A DNA stretch of 64,000 nt, taken from IMG/VR virus record IMGVR_UViG_3300009177_000003. One strand, 5' to 3'. The stretch's first letter is position 1, and each line of letters opens with the position of its first letter. The position numbers and the translations under genes are program-made. The stretch is from an uncultured virus (IMG/VR IMGVR_UViG_3300009177_000003) (lineage: Duplodnaviria > Heunggongvirae > Uroviricota > Caudoviricetes). Positions 56,603-64,000 of this stretch are shown here, one piece after another. The notes below the pieces were generated by a model. The model was given only the letters and a program-made list of their open reading frames with translations. It ran no database searches and was not told the DNA's origin.

Positions 56603-57228
56603 GCGACAAGCCGGAAGGGACGAAGCTGACGCCTGCGGGCGTATTCGAGCGGCTGCTGACCTACGCCGACAGGCCGTGGAAAGCAGCGGTGATGATCATC
56701 CTGCTGATCATCGGCGGGTTGGGGTGGTTGGTTTACGACCAGCGTGGATCGATCGCCGATGCCGTGCTGCATAAAGCGAATGAGCGCGCGGAACTCGATT
56801 CCGCGGCTTTCCTGCGGGACATCGACAAACTATTGCGCGACACCAGGGCCGACTACGGCCTGCTGCTTGAGGTCCACCTCGGGGACAATCTGATCGTCGA
56901 TCGGGTGGGGATCGATCGAGACGGCAGCCGATGGATTCCAAGCGCCGGCGCACAGCAGGCGTTGCAGCCTCAATCGTCGATGCCTCTGGTCGTGCAGTTC
57001 CTGTCCAACGAGTCGGTCTGCATGGATACGTCTTTAGCGATCAATGACGATATGCGGACCTTGGATGCCAAAGGATACAAGCGGGTCTGCATCGTCGCTG
57101 TGCCGCCGATCCTCGGAGTGTCAGTAGGTGCTTTGGTGCTCGCCTGGATGCAGGCGCTGACGCCCATTGCTGAGGGGCGGGCGAAGATCACCATGACCGC
57201 CGCCGCGATGAAATTCGCGTCGTGGTGA
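56599..57228 (+). CDS. Single-pass membrane protein with a GAF-like soluble domain (holin/antiholin candidate)
   Basis: TM AAVMIILLIIGGLGWLVY; CIVAVPP..GVSVGALVL. Confidence 0.5.
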   Translation: MSDKPEGTKLTPAGVFERLLTYADRPWKAAVMIILLIIGGLGWLVYDQRGSIADAVLHKANERAELDSAAFLRDIDKLLRDTRADYGLLLEVHLGDNLIVDRVGIDRDGSRWIPSAGAQQALQPQSSMPLVVQFLSNESVCMDTSLAINDDMRTLDAKGYKRVCIVAVPPILGVSVGALVLAWMQALTPIAEGRAKITMTAAAMKFASW

Positions 57229-57231
57229 TGA

Positions 57232-57657
57232 ATGGCGGAGGGCAATGGCGGCGGATGGAGCATAAACCGTAGGGACGGCATCTACGCGGCCCTGTTGGCG
57301 TTGAGCTTCGGTGGTGAACGGGTGCTGGATCGCGGCAGCGACGCCGATGTGCTGAAGGAAAAGGTCGGCTCGCTCGAGCACAACGTCGGTGAACTCCGGG
57401 ACCCAGGCGGTCCGGTGCTGCGGCAGGCGGTGCAGCAAATGAAGAACCATGAAGAGCGCATCCACGATCTGGAGCAGGCGCTGCGCAGCGGAGTGTCGCG
57501 CGAGGCGGTGGACGATCTCAAACAGCGGCTGGCTGATGCCAGGGAAGCCGACAAAGACCTGCGGCAACAACTCGACAATCTGCGCAACGCGATCGATAGC
57601 CTGCGCTCGGAGATCGCCCGCGCCACCACCTCGCGTCTGGTAGGACCGAACCGATGA
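57232..57657 (+). CDS. Membrane-anchored coiled-coil protein (i-spanin candidate)
   Basis: Short hydrophobic N-terminal segment then heptads; precedes a lipoprotein gene. Confidence 0.5.
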   Translation: MAEGNGGGWSINRRDGIYAALLALSFGGERVLDRGSDADVLKEKVGSLEHNVGELRDPGGPVLRQAVQQMKNHEERIHDLEQALRSGVSREAVDDLKQRLADAREADKDLRQQLDNLRNAIDSLRSEIARATTSRLVGPNR

Positions 57658-57914
57658 GATGGATCGTGCTGGCGGGCATTCTGGTCGCGTGCAGCGCACC
57701 CGATCCCCTGACGCCGCCGCCGACCGGAACCTGCACAGCGGATGCGAAGTTGCCGCAGCCGCCCGCGCCGAGCCAACGCAGCATCCCGGTGCTGGTGAAG
57801 TGGGCCAATACCGCAGCGACGACGGCAAATCGGGCGATCATCGAACGCGATGTGTGCCGCGGCTCGTACGAACGGCTGAACGCCTGGGCGCAGTCCGTCA
57901 GCAAATCAAAGTAG
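57654..57914 (+). CDS. Lipoprotein (o-spanin candidate)
   Basis: MRWIVLAGILVAC lipobox; Pro-rich, additional Cys. Confidence 0.65.
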   Translation: MRWIVLAGILVACSAPDPLTPPPTGTCTADAKLPQPPAPSQRSIPVLVKWANTAATTANRAIIERDVCRGSYERLNAWAQSVSKSK

Positions 57915-57924
57915 GGGACCATCA

Positions 57925-58332
57925 ATGGCCGACATCCCGCTCGACCCGAATCCCGCATTGCGTGCCGAACTCGAAGCGGCGAAGGCGGTACTCGAGCCCG
58001 AGCTGCGCGGGCTGCGCGATCTGTTCGTGGTGTCGATATCGGCGCCGCTGCAATCGTCAGTGAATGACCAGATCCTCGTGCGCCAGCGCCGGCTCGATCT
58101 GATCAATGAGGTGCTGAATGCGCTCGACAACGTGGTGCTCGACCGCACCGCGCTGGAAGCGGACGGCTATCCGGAGATGCCGGATGCGCCGCTGCCCGCT
58201 GATCAGTTCACCGAGCTGCAGGGCCAGGACACCGACCTGCAAGCCGCTATCGGCGTGTTCGAGGAAGCGCCGCCGCCCGCCACCACTCTGACGGTCAACC
58301 TGGGCGAACCGGTCCCGAAGCCCGCGCCGTGA
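57925..58332 (+). CDS. Hypothetical acidic protein
   Basis: 135 aa, AGGGG RBS. Confidence 0.7.
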   Translation: MADIPLDPNPALRAELEAAKAVLEPELRGLRDLFVVSISAPLQSSVNDQILVRQRRLDLINEVLNALDNVVLDRTALEADGYPEMPDAPLPADQFTELQGQDTDLQAAIGVFEEAPPPATTLTVNLGEPVPKPAP

Positions 58333-58361
58333 CGTGCCTACCCAACCCGAAAGGATGAGAC

Positions 58362-58691
58362 ATGGCCGACATCAACACCTCGCAGCAGTTCGACATCACG
58401 CTTGCGATCACCAACGCGAACGGCGATCCCGCGCCGGTCGATGGCGTGCCTGTATGGGCGTCCAGCGATGAGACAGTGATCTCTGTGACCGCAGCCGCCG
58501 ACGGCATGAGTGCCGTCGCTCCGGCGGTGGCTCCGGGCACCGCGCGCATCACGGTGACGGCGGATGCCGATACCGGGAGCGGGGTGACGACGATCACCGG
58601 CGTCAGCGAGGACATCACCGTCGTGGTCGATCCAGCGAATCAGGCCAGCGTGATCACGCTGACCTTGGGCGCCCCCGTTCCGAAGACCTGA
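58362..58691 (+). CDS. Ig-like domain protein
   Basis: PVWASSDETVISV...GTARITVTADAD (bacterial Ig-like group 2 pattern). Confidence 0.7.
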   Translation: MADINTSQQFDITLAITNANGDPAPVDGVPVWASSDETVISVTAAADGMSAVAPAVAPGTARITVTADADTGSGVTTITGVSEDITVVVDPANQASVITLTLGAPVPKT

Positions 58692-58733
58692 TCGCGGCCT
58701 CCCCAGACCGACCTTCTACCCAGGCCGCGATCT

Positions 58734-58766
58734 GGCCCCAGGCACTCCGGTGTCTGGGGCCTTTTT
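58734..58766 (+). terminator. Rho-independent terminator ending the late operon
   Basis: GGCCCCAGGCAC-TCCG-GTGTCTGGGGCC-TTTTT between convergent genes. Confidence 0.85.
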
Positions 58767-59236
58767 CATGTCCGCAGCGTCACCGAGGCGATGGCGCGCG
58801 GATGCCAGATGCAGCCGCCGGCTACGTCCCAGCCGTAGTACCACATGGCCTCAAGCCGCCGCTCCCAGACGTAGGGCGTGATGATCAGTCCGTCGTAGCG
58901 TTCCATCACCACAGGCCAGTTCAGCCACATCGACCCAAGGCGCGAGATGGGGCCGGCCCACTCCGGGACGACGCACCATTCGGCGCCGAAGGCATCGATG
59001 TCGGCTGGCGTGCTCAAGATCAGCACGTTGGCGCCCGGCGCCAGCTCGACATCGTGCGCGTGCGTCAGTCGGTCGGTGCCGAATTTCTCGGCGGCGCACC
59101 ACGCGGGCCAGTTGTCCTCGCAGGCGTCGTCCGACACCCACAGCCCAGCCGGCTTCATCAGGGCACGATTACCGGGAGGCAGCGTCCCCGGCCGCAGCTC
59201 CCCGAGCGGTTCGCTGGAATAGTGGACGAGCTTCAT
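58766..59236 (-). CDS. Phage hypothetical protein
   Basis: KPAGLWVS...YDGLII...YGWDV. Confidence 0.75.
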   Translation of the reverse strand: MKLVHYSSEPLGELRPGTLPPGNRALMKPAGLWVSDDACEDNWPAWCAAEKFGTDRLTHAHDVELAPGANVLILSTPADIDAFGAEWCVVPEWAGPISRLGSMWLNWPVVMERYDGLIITPYVWERRLEAMWYYGWDVAGGCIWHPRAIASVTLRT

Positions 59237-59499
59237 GCCCAGCCTTCCCGCTCCGGGTCCGGTGCCCGCCCGATCATGCCAGTGTAGCGCTGGACCATGA
59301 CCTCAACGTCGGCCAGGGGGACCGGGATCTCATGCAGCACTCGGCCGCTACCGAACATCGCGCGGGCACTGATCTCGAGCGCCCGTTCGCGTGAATAGCG
59401 TCCAGCCTCACTGATACGCTGCGTGTAGCCTATCTCGCCCGGCCCCCACCAAGCCGAGTGCTCGTGCGACCAGATCAGGTAGTCGCGTGCCTCGCTAAT
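59233..59499 (-). CDS. Phage hypothetical protein with apparent ATT start (not in the ORF track)
   Basis: (M)SEARDYLIWSHEHSAWWGPGEIGYT...AGRYS; GGAGG 8 nt before ATT; stop overlaps the next ATG. Confidence 0.6.
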   Translation of the reverse strand: MSEARDYLIWSHEHSAWWGPGEIGYTQRISEAGRYSRERALEISARAMFGSGRVLHEIPVPLADVEVMVQRYTGMIGRAPDPEREGWA

Positions 59500-59902
59500 C
59501 GCCGTTTCCTCCGTTCTGCCAGCCCTGCCCGCTCACTTCATCGAAAATGACTGCCTCATAGGCTCGGATAGCCGCTTGCACCGCTCCGTGCAGGAGCTTG
59601 GGCTCAATGCGCTCGACCGGGGTCCCCAACCTGGCGCCTAGGGTCTCCATGAGGGCCTGCTTGGCGGCCTCAATGGCTGCTTCATCGCAGCGATCATTCA
59701 TCATGTCCCCTCGCGCGTCAGGCTGCGCCCACTCCAGGTCTTCTCGCAGTGTCGCTGCCGAGGCGATGCCAGCGTATCTGACGAACACGTAGCTGGCATT
59801 GAAGGACGTGATCATCCCCTCCTCAACCTTGCGGCCGGGAAAGTCGCCGTGCTCCCGGTAGATCACTTTTCGGCCGATGTCCGTGGGTTTTGGCTCGATC
59901 AT
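59495..59902 (-). CDS. Hypothetical protein
   Basis: DIGRKVIY...EEGMITSFN..YVFVRY. Confidence 0.7.
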   Translation of the reverse strand: MIEPKPTDIGRKVIYREHGDFPGRKVEEGMITSFNASYVFVRYAGIASAATLREDLEWAQPDARGDMMNDRCDEAAIEAAKQALMETLGARLGTPVERIEPKLLHGAVQAAIRAYEAVIFDEVSGQGWQNGGNGD

Positions 59903-59954
59903 TTTCCTAATTCCTCCTAGCGCGATAAACGGCCTTATCGCGCCTGACCGACGA

Positions 59955-60212
59955 TCACGCCCATTTCCCGCCGGCAGGCTTGATGATTAGGTTCGGCTTA
60001 TCCTTCGAGAACTCTAGCGGCGTTCCTGGTGGATCAATCCGCTCGATGATGACCTGAAAGCCGCTGACGTTGAGCCGGGTGCCAACCTTCGGCAGCGGCT
60101 TGCCGCGTGGTCCCTTGGTTCGCCAGAGCAAGGTGAAGCGTGGCAGTTGGCCATCTACGCGACGGCAGATCAGTGCGTGCTTCTGGTCCAGATCGGGGAT
60201 GCTGTCGCTCAT
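59955..60212 (-). CDS. Hypothetical protein
   Basis: 85-aa ORF between palindromic sites. Confidence 0.6.
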   Translation of the reverse strand: MSDSIPDLDQKHALICRRVDGQLPRFTLLWRTKGPRGKPLPKVGTRLNVSGFQVIIERIDPPGTPLEFSKDKPNLIIKPAGGKWA

Positions 60213-60289
60213 GTTTCGCTTCCGGTGGACGGCGGCTCTCTCATTGATTTCCCTCCCTCTTTTGCCAGTCGGGCGCGGTAACTGAGCTG

Positions 60290-60571
60290 TTATCGCGCGT
60301 CGTCAGCGTCCTGTAGGCCCATGACAACGTATCCAGGCTCAATGCCAAGCTGGCCGCCCGTCAGGATGTAGCTGATCCGCTTCCGCACTTCCTTGAAGCT
60401 GTAGGAGCCGGGTTCCGTTGTCGAAAGCCCGGTTTTTCGTTCCGTGCACCGCAGCACGAGGATATCGCCACGCTGAAAGCCGCGATCATCCCGGCGAACC
60501 TCAAAGGGCTTCGCGCCGGACGCCACCGCCTCCCAGTAGGGCTGCCACGTTTTCAGGACGTGCTCGGTCAT
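60290..60571 (-). CDS. DUF3850 (ASCH/PUA-like) protein
   Basis: HVLKTW..YWEAV.SG.KPFEVR.DDRGFQ.GD...GYVVMG. Confidence 0.85.
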   Translation of the reverse strand: MTEHVLKTWQPYWEAVASGAKPFEVRRDDRGFQRGDILVLRCTERKTGLSTTEPGSYSFKEVRKRISYILTGGQLGIEPGYVVMGLQDADDAR

Positions 60572-60622
60572 CCGCCTGATTTCCCTTCCTCTTTTGCCGG
60601 CTCAGCGCGGGTAACTGAGCTG

Positions 60623-60904
60623 TTATCGCGCCCGGCCAACGTCTACGGAGGCGCCAAGCCAGTTGGCTGCCATTGCATAGAAAACGTGATCTGCGGCTGC
60701 CTCGCCCGGAGAATCGCCGCGCGGTCCCAGTTCAAACTGCTGCCCCGTTCCAGCCTGATCTATTTGCCTTTCCAGGGCGGCGATGGCCCGCAGCATATTG
60801 CTGGCGAGTCGTTCGTGAAACGCTAGAAGGTGCTCCGGCGGAAGCTGAGCGAGCCACAGGTCGTATTCAACGACCGGATCGTCGAGGTCGAGATCGCTCT
60901 GCAT
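60623..60904 (-). CDS. Hypothetical protein
   Basis: 93 aa, AGGAG RBS, stop inside a palindromic site. Confidence 0.6.
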   Translation of the reverse strand: MQSDLDLDDPVVEYDLWLAQLPPEHLLAFHERLASNMLRAIAALERQIDQAGTGQQFELGPRGDSPGEAAADHVFYAMAANWLGASVDVGRAR

Positions 60905-60942
60905 TGGGCGCTCCTAAATTCCACTAGGCGCGAGAAGCGGGA

Positions 60943-61179
60943 CTATGGCGCCCGGCTTAGGGCCTCCCTGATCTTGTCCATGGTCCCTGCGTTCGGCGCC
61001 GTGTTGAACATCATGTCGTCCACCACCTCCTGAAGCAGCGAGCGCAGCCGCCCGATCTCTTCATCAGACACCCGCAGCATCTCGCGGGCTGCACGCATCG
61101 CAGCTTCACGGTCTTGCTCGTAGGCGCTGTCGTCCGATTGCAACCAGTCAGCCGCCGCCTCAATGCGAGCATGGCTCAT
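60943..61179 (-). CDS. Hypothetical protein
   Basis: MSHARIEAA..., GGGAG RBS, stop inside a palindromic site. Confidence 0.65.
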   Translation of the reverse strand: MSHARIEAAADWLQSDDSAYEQDREAAMRAAREMLRVSDEEIGRLRSLLQEVVDDMMFNTAPNAGTMDKIREALSRAP

Positions 61180-61198
61180 GTTTCGCTCCCTAATTCCA

Positions 61199-61693
61199 CT
61201 AGGCGCGGTCGGCATAGCGCCATCCACTCATCGATCGCGAGGCGCGGTAGCGTGCTGTTGCAGGGTGTATCCCATAATGCCGGGCCGCTGATTTTATTGA
61301 CGGGAAGAGACCATCGGGCGTCTGGCACGCTTTGGCCTGCCTTGAGTCGGCGCCATTTTCCTTCGCGGAACCACAGAAGATATTGCCCAGCTCATAGGGG
61401 CCGCGGTCGTTGAATCGGCACATACGCCACTGTCCCAAACCCTTCCCGCGTTCCGCTCCTGGCCCTTTTCGAGCAAGGGCATCGTGCCACCAGTTGAACC
61501 ACGCCTCATAAGTCAGATTGAATTCGATGCCACGTCTGGCTGCCTGTTTTCTGTGTGCCTCACAGGCCATCCGGCTGAGCATGTGGCCCTTGCAACAGTC
61601 CCGACAAAAGGTCGCACGGCCGTCTGCCGAGAACATGGTGTAGTGAAAATCGGCGATGTCTTTGTTTTCCCCACACTTTTCGCAATGCTTCAT
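61199..61693 (-). CDS. HNH-like homing endonuclease with zinc finger and NUMOD1-like tail
   Basis: CEKC...CRDC; RRGIEFNLTYEAWFNWW; MCRFNDRGPYELGNIFC...EN; TPDGLFPSIKSAARHYG; lower GC. Confidence 0.75.
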   Translation of the reverse strand: MKHCEKCGENKDIADFHYTMFSADGRATFCRDCCKGHMLSRMACEAHRKQAARRGIEFNLTYEAWFNWWHDALARKGPGAERGKGLGQWRMCRFNDRGPYELGNIFCGSAKENGADSRQAKACQTPDGLFPSIKSAARHYGIHPATARYRASRSMSGWRYADRA

Positions 61694-61742
61694 GGGTGCC
61701 TCGGGTAAATTCCACTACTCCACATAATCGGGGTTATCGCGC

Positions 61743-61961
61743 CTAGGTGCCCTCCGGTGCGATTTCCGGCACGCTCCGCTCGATCTCGTCGGCGATGAAG
61801 CGCAACATCCGCGACAGCCCTGCGGTGACGGCCGGCGTCGCCTGAACCGAGAACCCACTCCCCGCAGGGCCGCCGATCACCACAACGATCACGCCCTCTG
61901 CCGCCGCCTGCTCGCGGACGAGCGTCGCGAGGTCGTCGTATTTTCCGGGTCCGGCTGGCAT
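61743..61961 (-). CDS. Hypothetical protein
   Basis: GPGKYDD...GSGFSVQ. Confidence 0.7.
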   Translation of the reverse strand: MPAGPGKYDDLATLVREQAAAEGVIVVVIGGPAGSGFSVQATPAVTAGLSRMLRFIADEIERSVPEIAPEGT

Positions 61962-61979
61962 AGCTTCTTTTGACCTCCG

Positions 61980-62174
61980 TCATCCACCCCCTCGAATCCG
62001 GCGAAGCAGCTGCGACAGGCGCCATGGCCGCATCGCCCTGGCCTCGGCCAGCTGCTGGCGCAGCGCCTCCGCGGGGCATTCCATCTCCTTTTCTTTCGGC
62101 AGCGAGGCGCACATCCCGCACGTCTCGACCCCCCACCACCGGGCGCCGCAGCGCGGACAGCGCCAGGGTTTCAT
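61980..62174 (-). CDS. Small zinc-ribbon protein
   Basis: WRCPRCG...CGMC. Confidence 0.55.
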   Translation of the reverse strand: MKPWRCPRCGARWWGVETCGMCASLPKEKEMECPAEALRQQLAEARAMRPWRLSQLLRRIRGGG

Positions 62175-62359
62175 TCGTCGCGTCCCATTTCCCGCAGCGC
62201 TTCCTCCCGCTCCTTCGGATCCATCCGCGCCAGGATCTTCTCGATCTCGCGCATCAGCATTTCACAGTACGTGTAGGGAAAGGCTTCCCACGCGGCCGCG
62301 AGATGGACCAACACCACGAGCGAGATCAGCCAAAGCCCGAGTTCGACGGTTAGGATCAT
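62171..62359 (-). CDS. Small membrane protein
   Basis: MILTVELGLWLISLVVLVHL...; ATGA coupling. Confidence 0.55.
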   Translation of the reverse strand: MILTVELGLWLISLVVLVHLAAAWEAFPYTYCEMLMREIEKILARMDPKEREEALREMGRDE

Positions 62360-62736
62360 GCCAACTTCAACATAAACAGCCCCGGCTGCCGATCTTGCAC
62401 CGGCTCGACTACCCGGACGCCGATGGCGCGAGCCTGCCGCACGCAATCCCGGGTCCCCTTCCCGCCCGGAAACGCCAGAACGACGTCGGGCTTCGCATCC
62501 AGCAGCATGTGCTTGTTACGTTCCGGCCCAGCACGATCCCCGCGGCTCCAGTCGGCCTTATAGGTCACGAGGGGCACCTTGCGCCGGCGCGCCCAGGCGG
62601 CGGCGAGACGGTCGGCCCCCGGAGCTCCGCCCTGCCCGAGGATCTCGATGCCGTAGTTGTTGTGCCAGAGGTCCAGCACATGCCAGAGCGTCTGCCGGTC
62701 GGCGTAATTCCTCCCGCCGCACACCACGACCATCAT
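62356..62736 (-). CDS. SLOG-family (DUF2493/YspA-like) protein
   Basis: VVVCGGRNY, GGAPGAD, ADW, AGPERN..ML, AFPGGKGT. Confidence 0.85.
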   Translation of the reverse strand: MMVVVCGGRNYADRQTLWHVLDLWHNNYGIEILGQGGAPGADRLAAAWARRRKVPLVTYKADWSRGDRAGPERNKHMLLDAKPDVVLAFPGGKGTRDCVRQARAIGVRVVEPVQDRQPGLFMLKLA

Positions 62737-62906
62737 GCGGCGTCCCTTTCGTGCGGCAGCCGGCGCCGCATTTCCTCCCGCTCCTCCGGATCCCCGATCC
62801 CGGCGATGAACGAGCAGGTCAGGCAACGTCCGTGCTCTGGCGGGCGGCCCAGCGCCATCGAATGGATCGACCAGCCGCAGTCGCAGCATATGAATGTCAC
62901 GCTCAT
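62733..62906 (-). CDS. Small zinc-binding protein (not in the ORF track)
   Basis: MSVTFICCDCG...RCLTC; coupled to the next gene. Confidence 0.55.
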   Translation of the reverse strand: MSVTFICCDCGWSIHSMALGRPPEHGRCLTCSFIAGIGDPEEREEMRRRLPHERDAA

Positions 62907-62916
62907 GCCCGCCCTT

Positions 62917-63132
62917 TCACCATCCTTGGGGTGGAACGGGATCGTGGATCACCATGCGCCGGCTATCCGGGTCGAGGCTGGCGAACCAGTAGGTCGCCTC
63001 GGCCTCAATGGCCTGGGTTGCGACTCGCGGCGGCAGGGCATCGCGCGCCACGAAACGGGCGACGCGCCCCTCCCTGTCGATGATCTCCCAGTGCCTATGA
63101 TCGGCGCGAGGCCGCATAACCTTGACGATCAT
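62917..63132 (-). CDS. Hypothetical protein
   Basis: MIVKVMRP..., GAGGAGG RBS. Confidence 0.65.
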   Translation of the reverse strand: MIVKVMRPRADHRHWEIIDREGRVARFVARDALPPRVATQAIEAEATYWFASLDPDSRRMVIHDPVPPQGW

Positions 63133-63205
63133 AGAGTCCTCCTCTCTTGCGCGAATCTTTGCGGTGTGTACCCGGCACGACAGTCGCCCATTTTCCGGAG
63201 GCCGC

Positions 63206-63598
63206 GTGTCGGAAGACGAGATCCCCCAGGACGAGCTGGCTGGGGACAAGCTGGCCAACTACACGATCAAGAACCTGCCCTTGCGGGCCCGGATGCGGGC
63301 CTCGAACGCAGCCAGGATGGCCGGCCGGCCGCTCGGCCAATGGATGGACTGGGCGATCGGCCTTGCGGCCGACCAGCAGGAGCGGAACGCGGTGCTGCCT
63401 GGGGGCGACAGTCGTGCCCTCGTGCCCCCGGGCTCCGAGGCGACGGCCCCGGCGCTGCCAGGGGCGACAGTCGCCCCTCCGGATCCGATGCTCTGTCTGG
63501 TGCACGCCGCCGTGGCGCTGAGCGGGGTCGGTGTGCGGAATACCAAGGTCGTGCGGCAGGCGCGTGACCTCGTCAGCCGAAAGCTGCTCGAGCTGTAG
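63206..63598 (+). CDS. Ribbon-helix-helix-like DNA-binding protein
   Basis: YTIKNLP...RASNAARMAGRPLGQWMDWAI; GGAGG RBS before GTG. Confidence 0.55.
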   Translation: MSEDEIPQDELAGDKLANYTIKNLPLRARMRASNAARMAGRPLGQWMDWAIGLAADQQERNAVLPGGDSRALVPPGSEATAPALPGATVAPPDPMLCLVHAAVALSGVGVRNTKVVRQARDLVSRKLLEL

Positions 63599-63621
63599 GC
63601 GACGCTGGCGTAGCGACGGCA

Positions 63622-64000
63622 TCAGCCAGCCTCCAGCATCCGGTCGATCTCCCCCGGCGTGGGGAGGATCGCCGCGTGCGCTTTTGTCCAGCCACCTTTG
63701 TCGAGCTCGCTCAGCGGCCGGTCGAGCTTGCCGGGGGCGCCGATCCAATCGGCGATCTTCTCGGCCATCTCGGCGCTGGTGATCTTGTCGGTCTCGTCCT
63801 CCGCGTCTTCGAGTGCGCCGATGTTAAACTCGGTGAAGTCGACGTGGTCGATGCCCGGTACCGTGATCGCGATGTCGTAGCCGTTCCACTGGAAGCGCTT
63901 CAGCCCGGAGAAATGCAGCTTGATTGCGCGGATCCCGCGTTTGGTCCGTCGCTGATGGGCACGCACCAAATGGAAAATCCGCCGTCTCTTGCCGTCAGCG
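63622..64000 (-). CDS. 3' part of a gene running in from beyond the window
   Basis: ...IFHLVRAHQRRTKRG..., frame open to the window end. Confidence 0.65.
   Translation of the reverse strand, partial: ADGKRRRIFHLVRAHQRRTKRGIRAIKLHFSGLKRFQWNGYDIAITVPGIDHVDFTEFNIGALEDAEDETDKITSAEMAEKIADWIGAPGKLDRPLSELDKGGWTKAHAAILPTPGEIDRMLEAG

Larger units (their letters stand above)
59918..61744. repeat. Family of six palindromic intergenic sites (11-bp arms, 6- or 8-bp spacer)
   Basis: 59918-59945, 60271-60300, 60604-60633, 60926-60953, half-site at 61201, 61717-61744; core GCGCGATAA-N6/8-TTATCGCGC. Confidence 0.8.

Noticed and set aside
59918..61744. Reading the palindromes as integron attC sites or a CRISPR array
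   Set aside because: They are too short for attC and lack RYYYAAC/GTTRRRY ends; the intervening sequences are whole genes of variable length and no cas or intI gene is visible.
1..64000. tRNA/rRNA genes, integrase and att sites
   Set aside because: None could be recognised by eye, so lifestyle and genome ends cannot be determined from this window.

Overview
This is 64 kb of a high-GC tailed phage or prophage with a contractile tail. The host is most likely an alphaproteobacterium, judging from a GcrA homolog and ten CTTGAC-N17-YTATAT-like promoters. The + strand carries a near-complete morphogenesis and lysis set: terminase, DUF1073-type portal, MuF, DUF2213-type protease, capsid, neck, sheath/tube with a -1 frameshifted chaperone, tape measure, baseplate, fibres, two tailspikes, a 3332-aa repeat fibre and lysis genes. 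Three blocks of small - strand genes surround or interrupt it (0.6-7.7, 13.2-18.0 and 58.8-64 kb). No integrase, replication genes, tRNA or CRISPR array was recognised. Four observations stand out. (1) Enzyme domains are fused to head proteins (a zeta-type kinase on the portal, a NUDIX domain on the protease) and set off by a recurrent A-[QMF]-D motif, suggesting protease-released virion cargo. (2) Dif-like 11-(6/8)-11 palindromes sit at consecutive gene boundaries at 59.9-61.75 kb, resembling a recombinase cassette array. (3) Eight of the ten promoters share a TGAC-N7-GTCA operator over the -35 box. (4) A hairpin-rich, lower-GC segment at 150-590 may be an ncRNA. Family assignments come from motif recognition by eye; no database searches were run.
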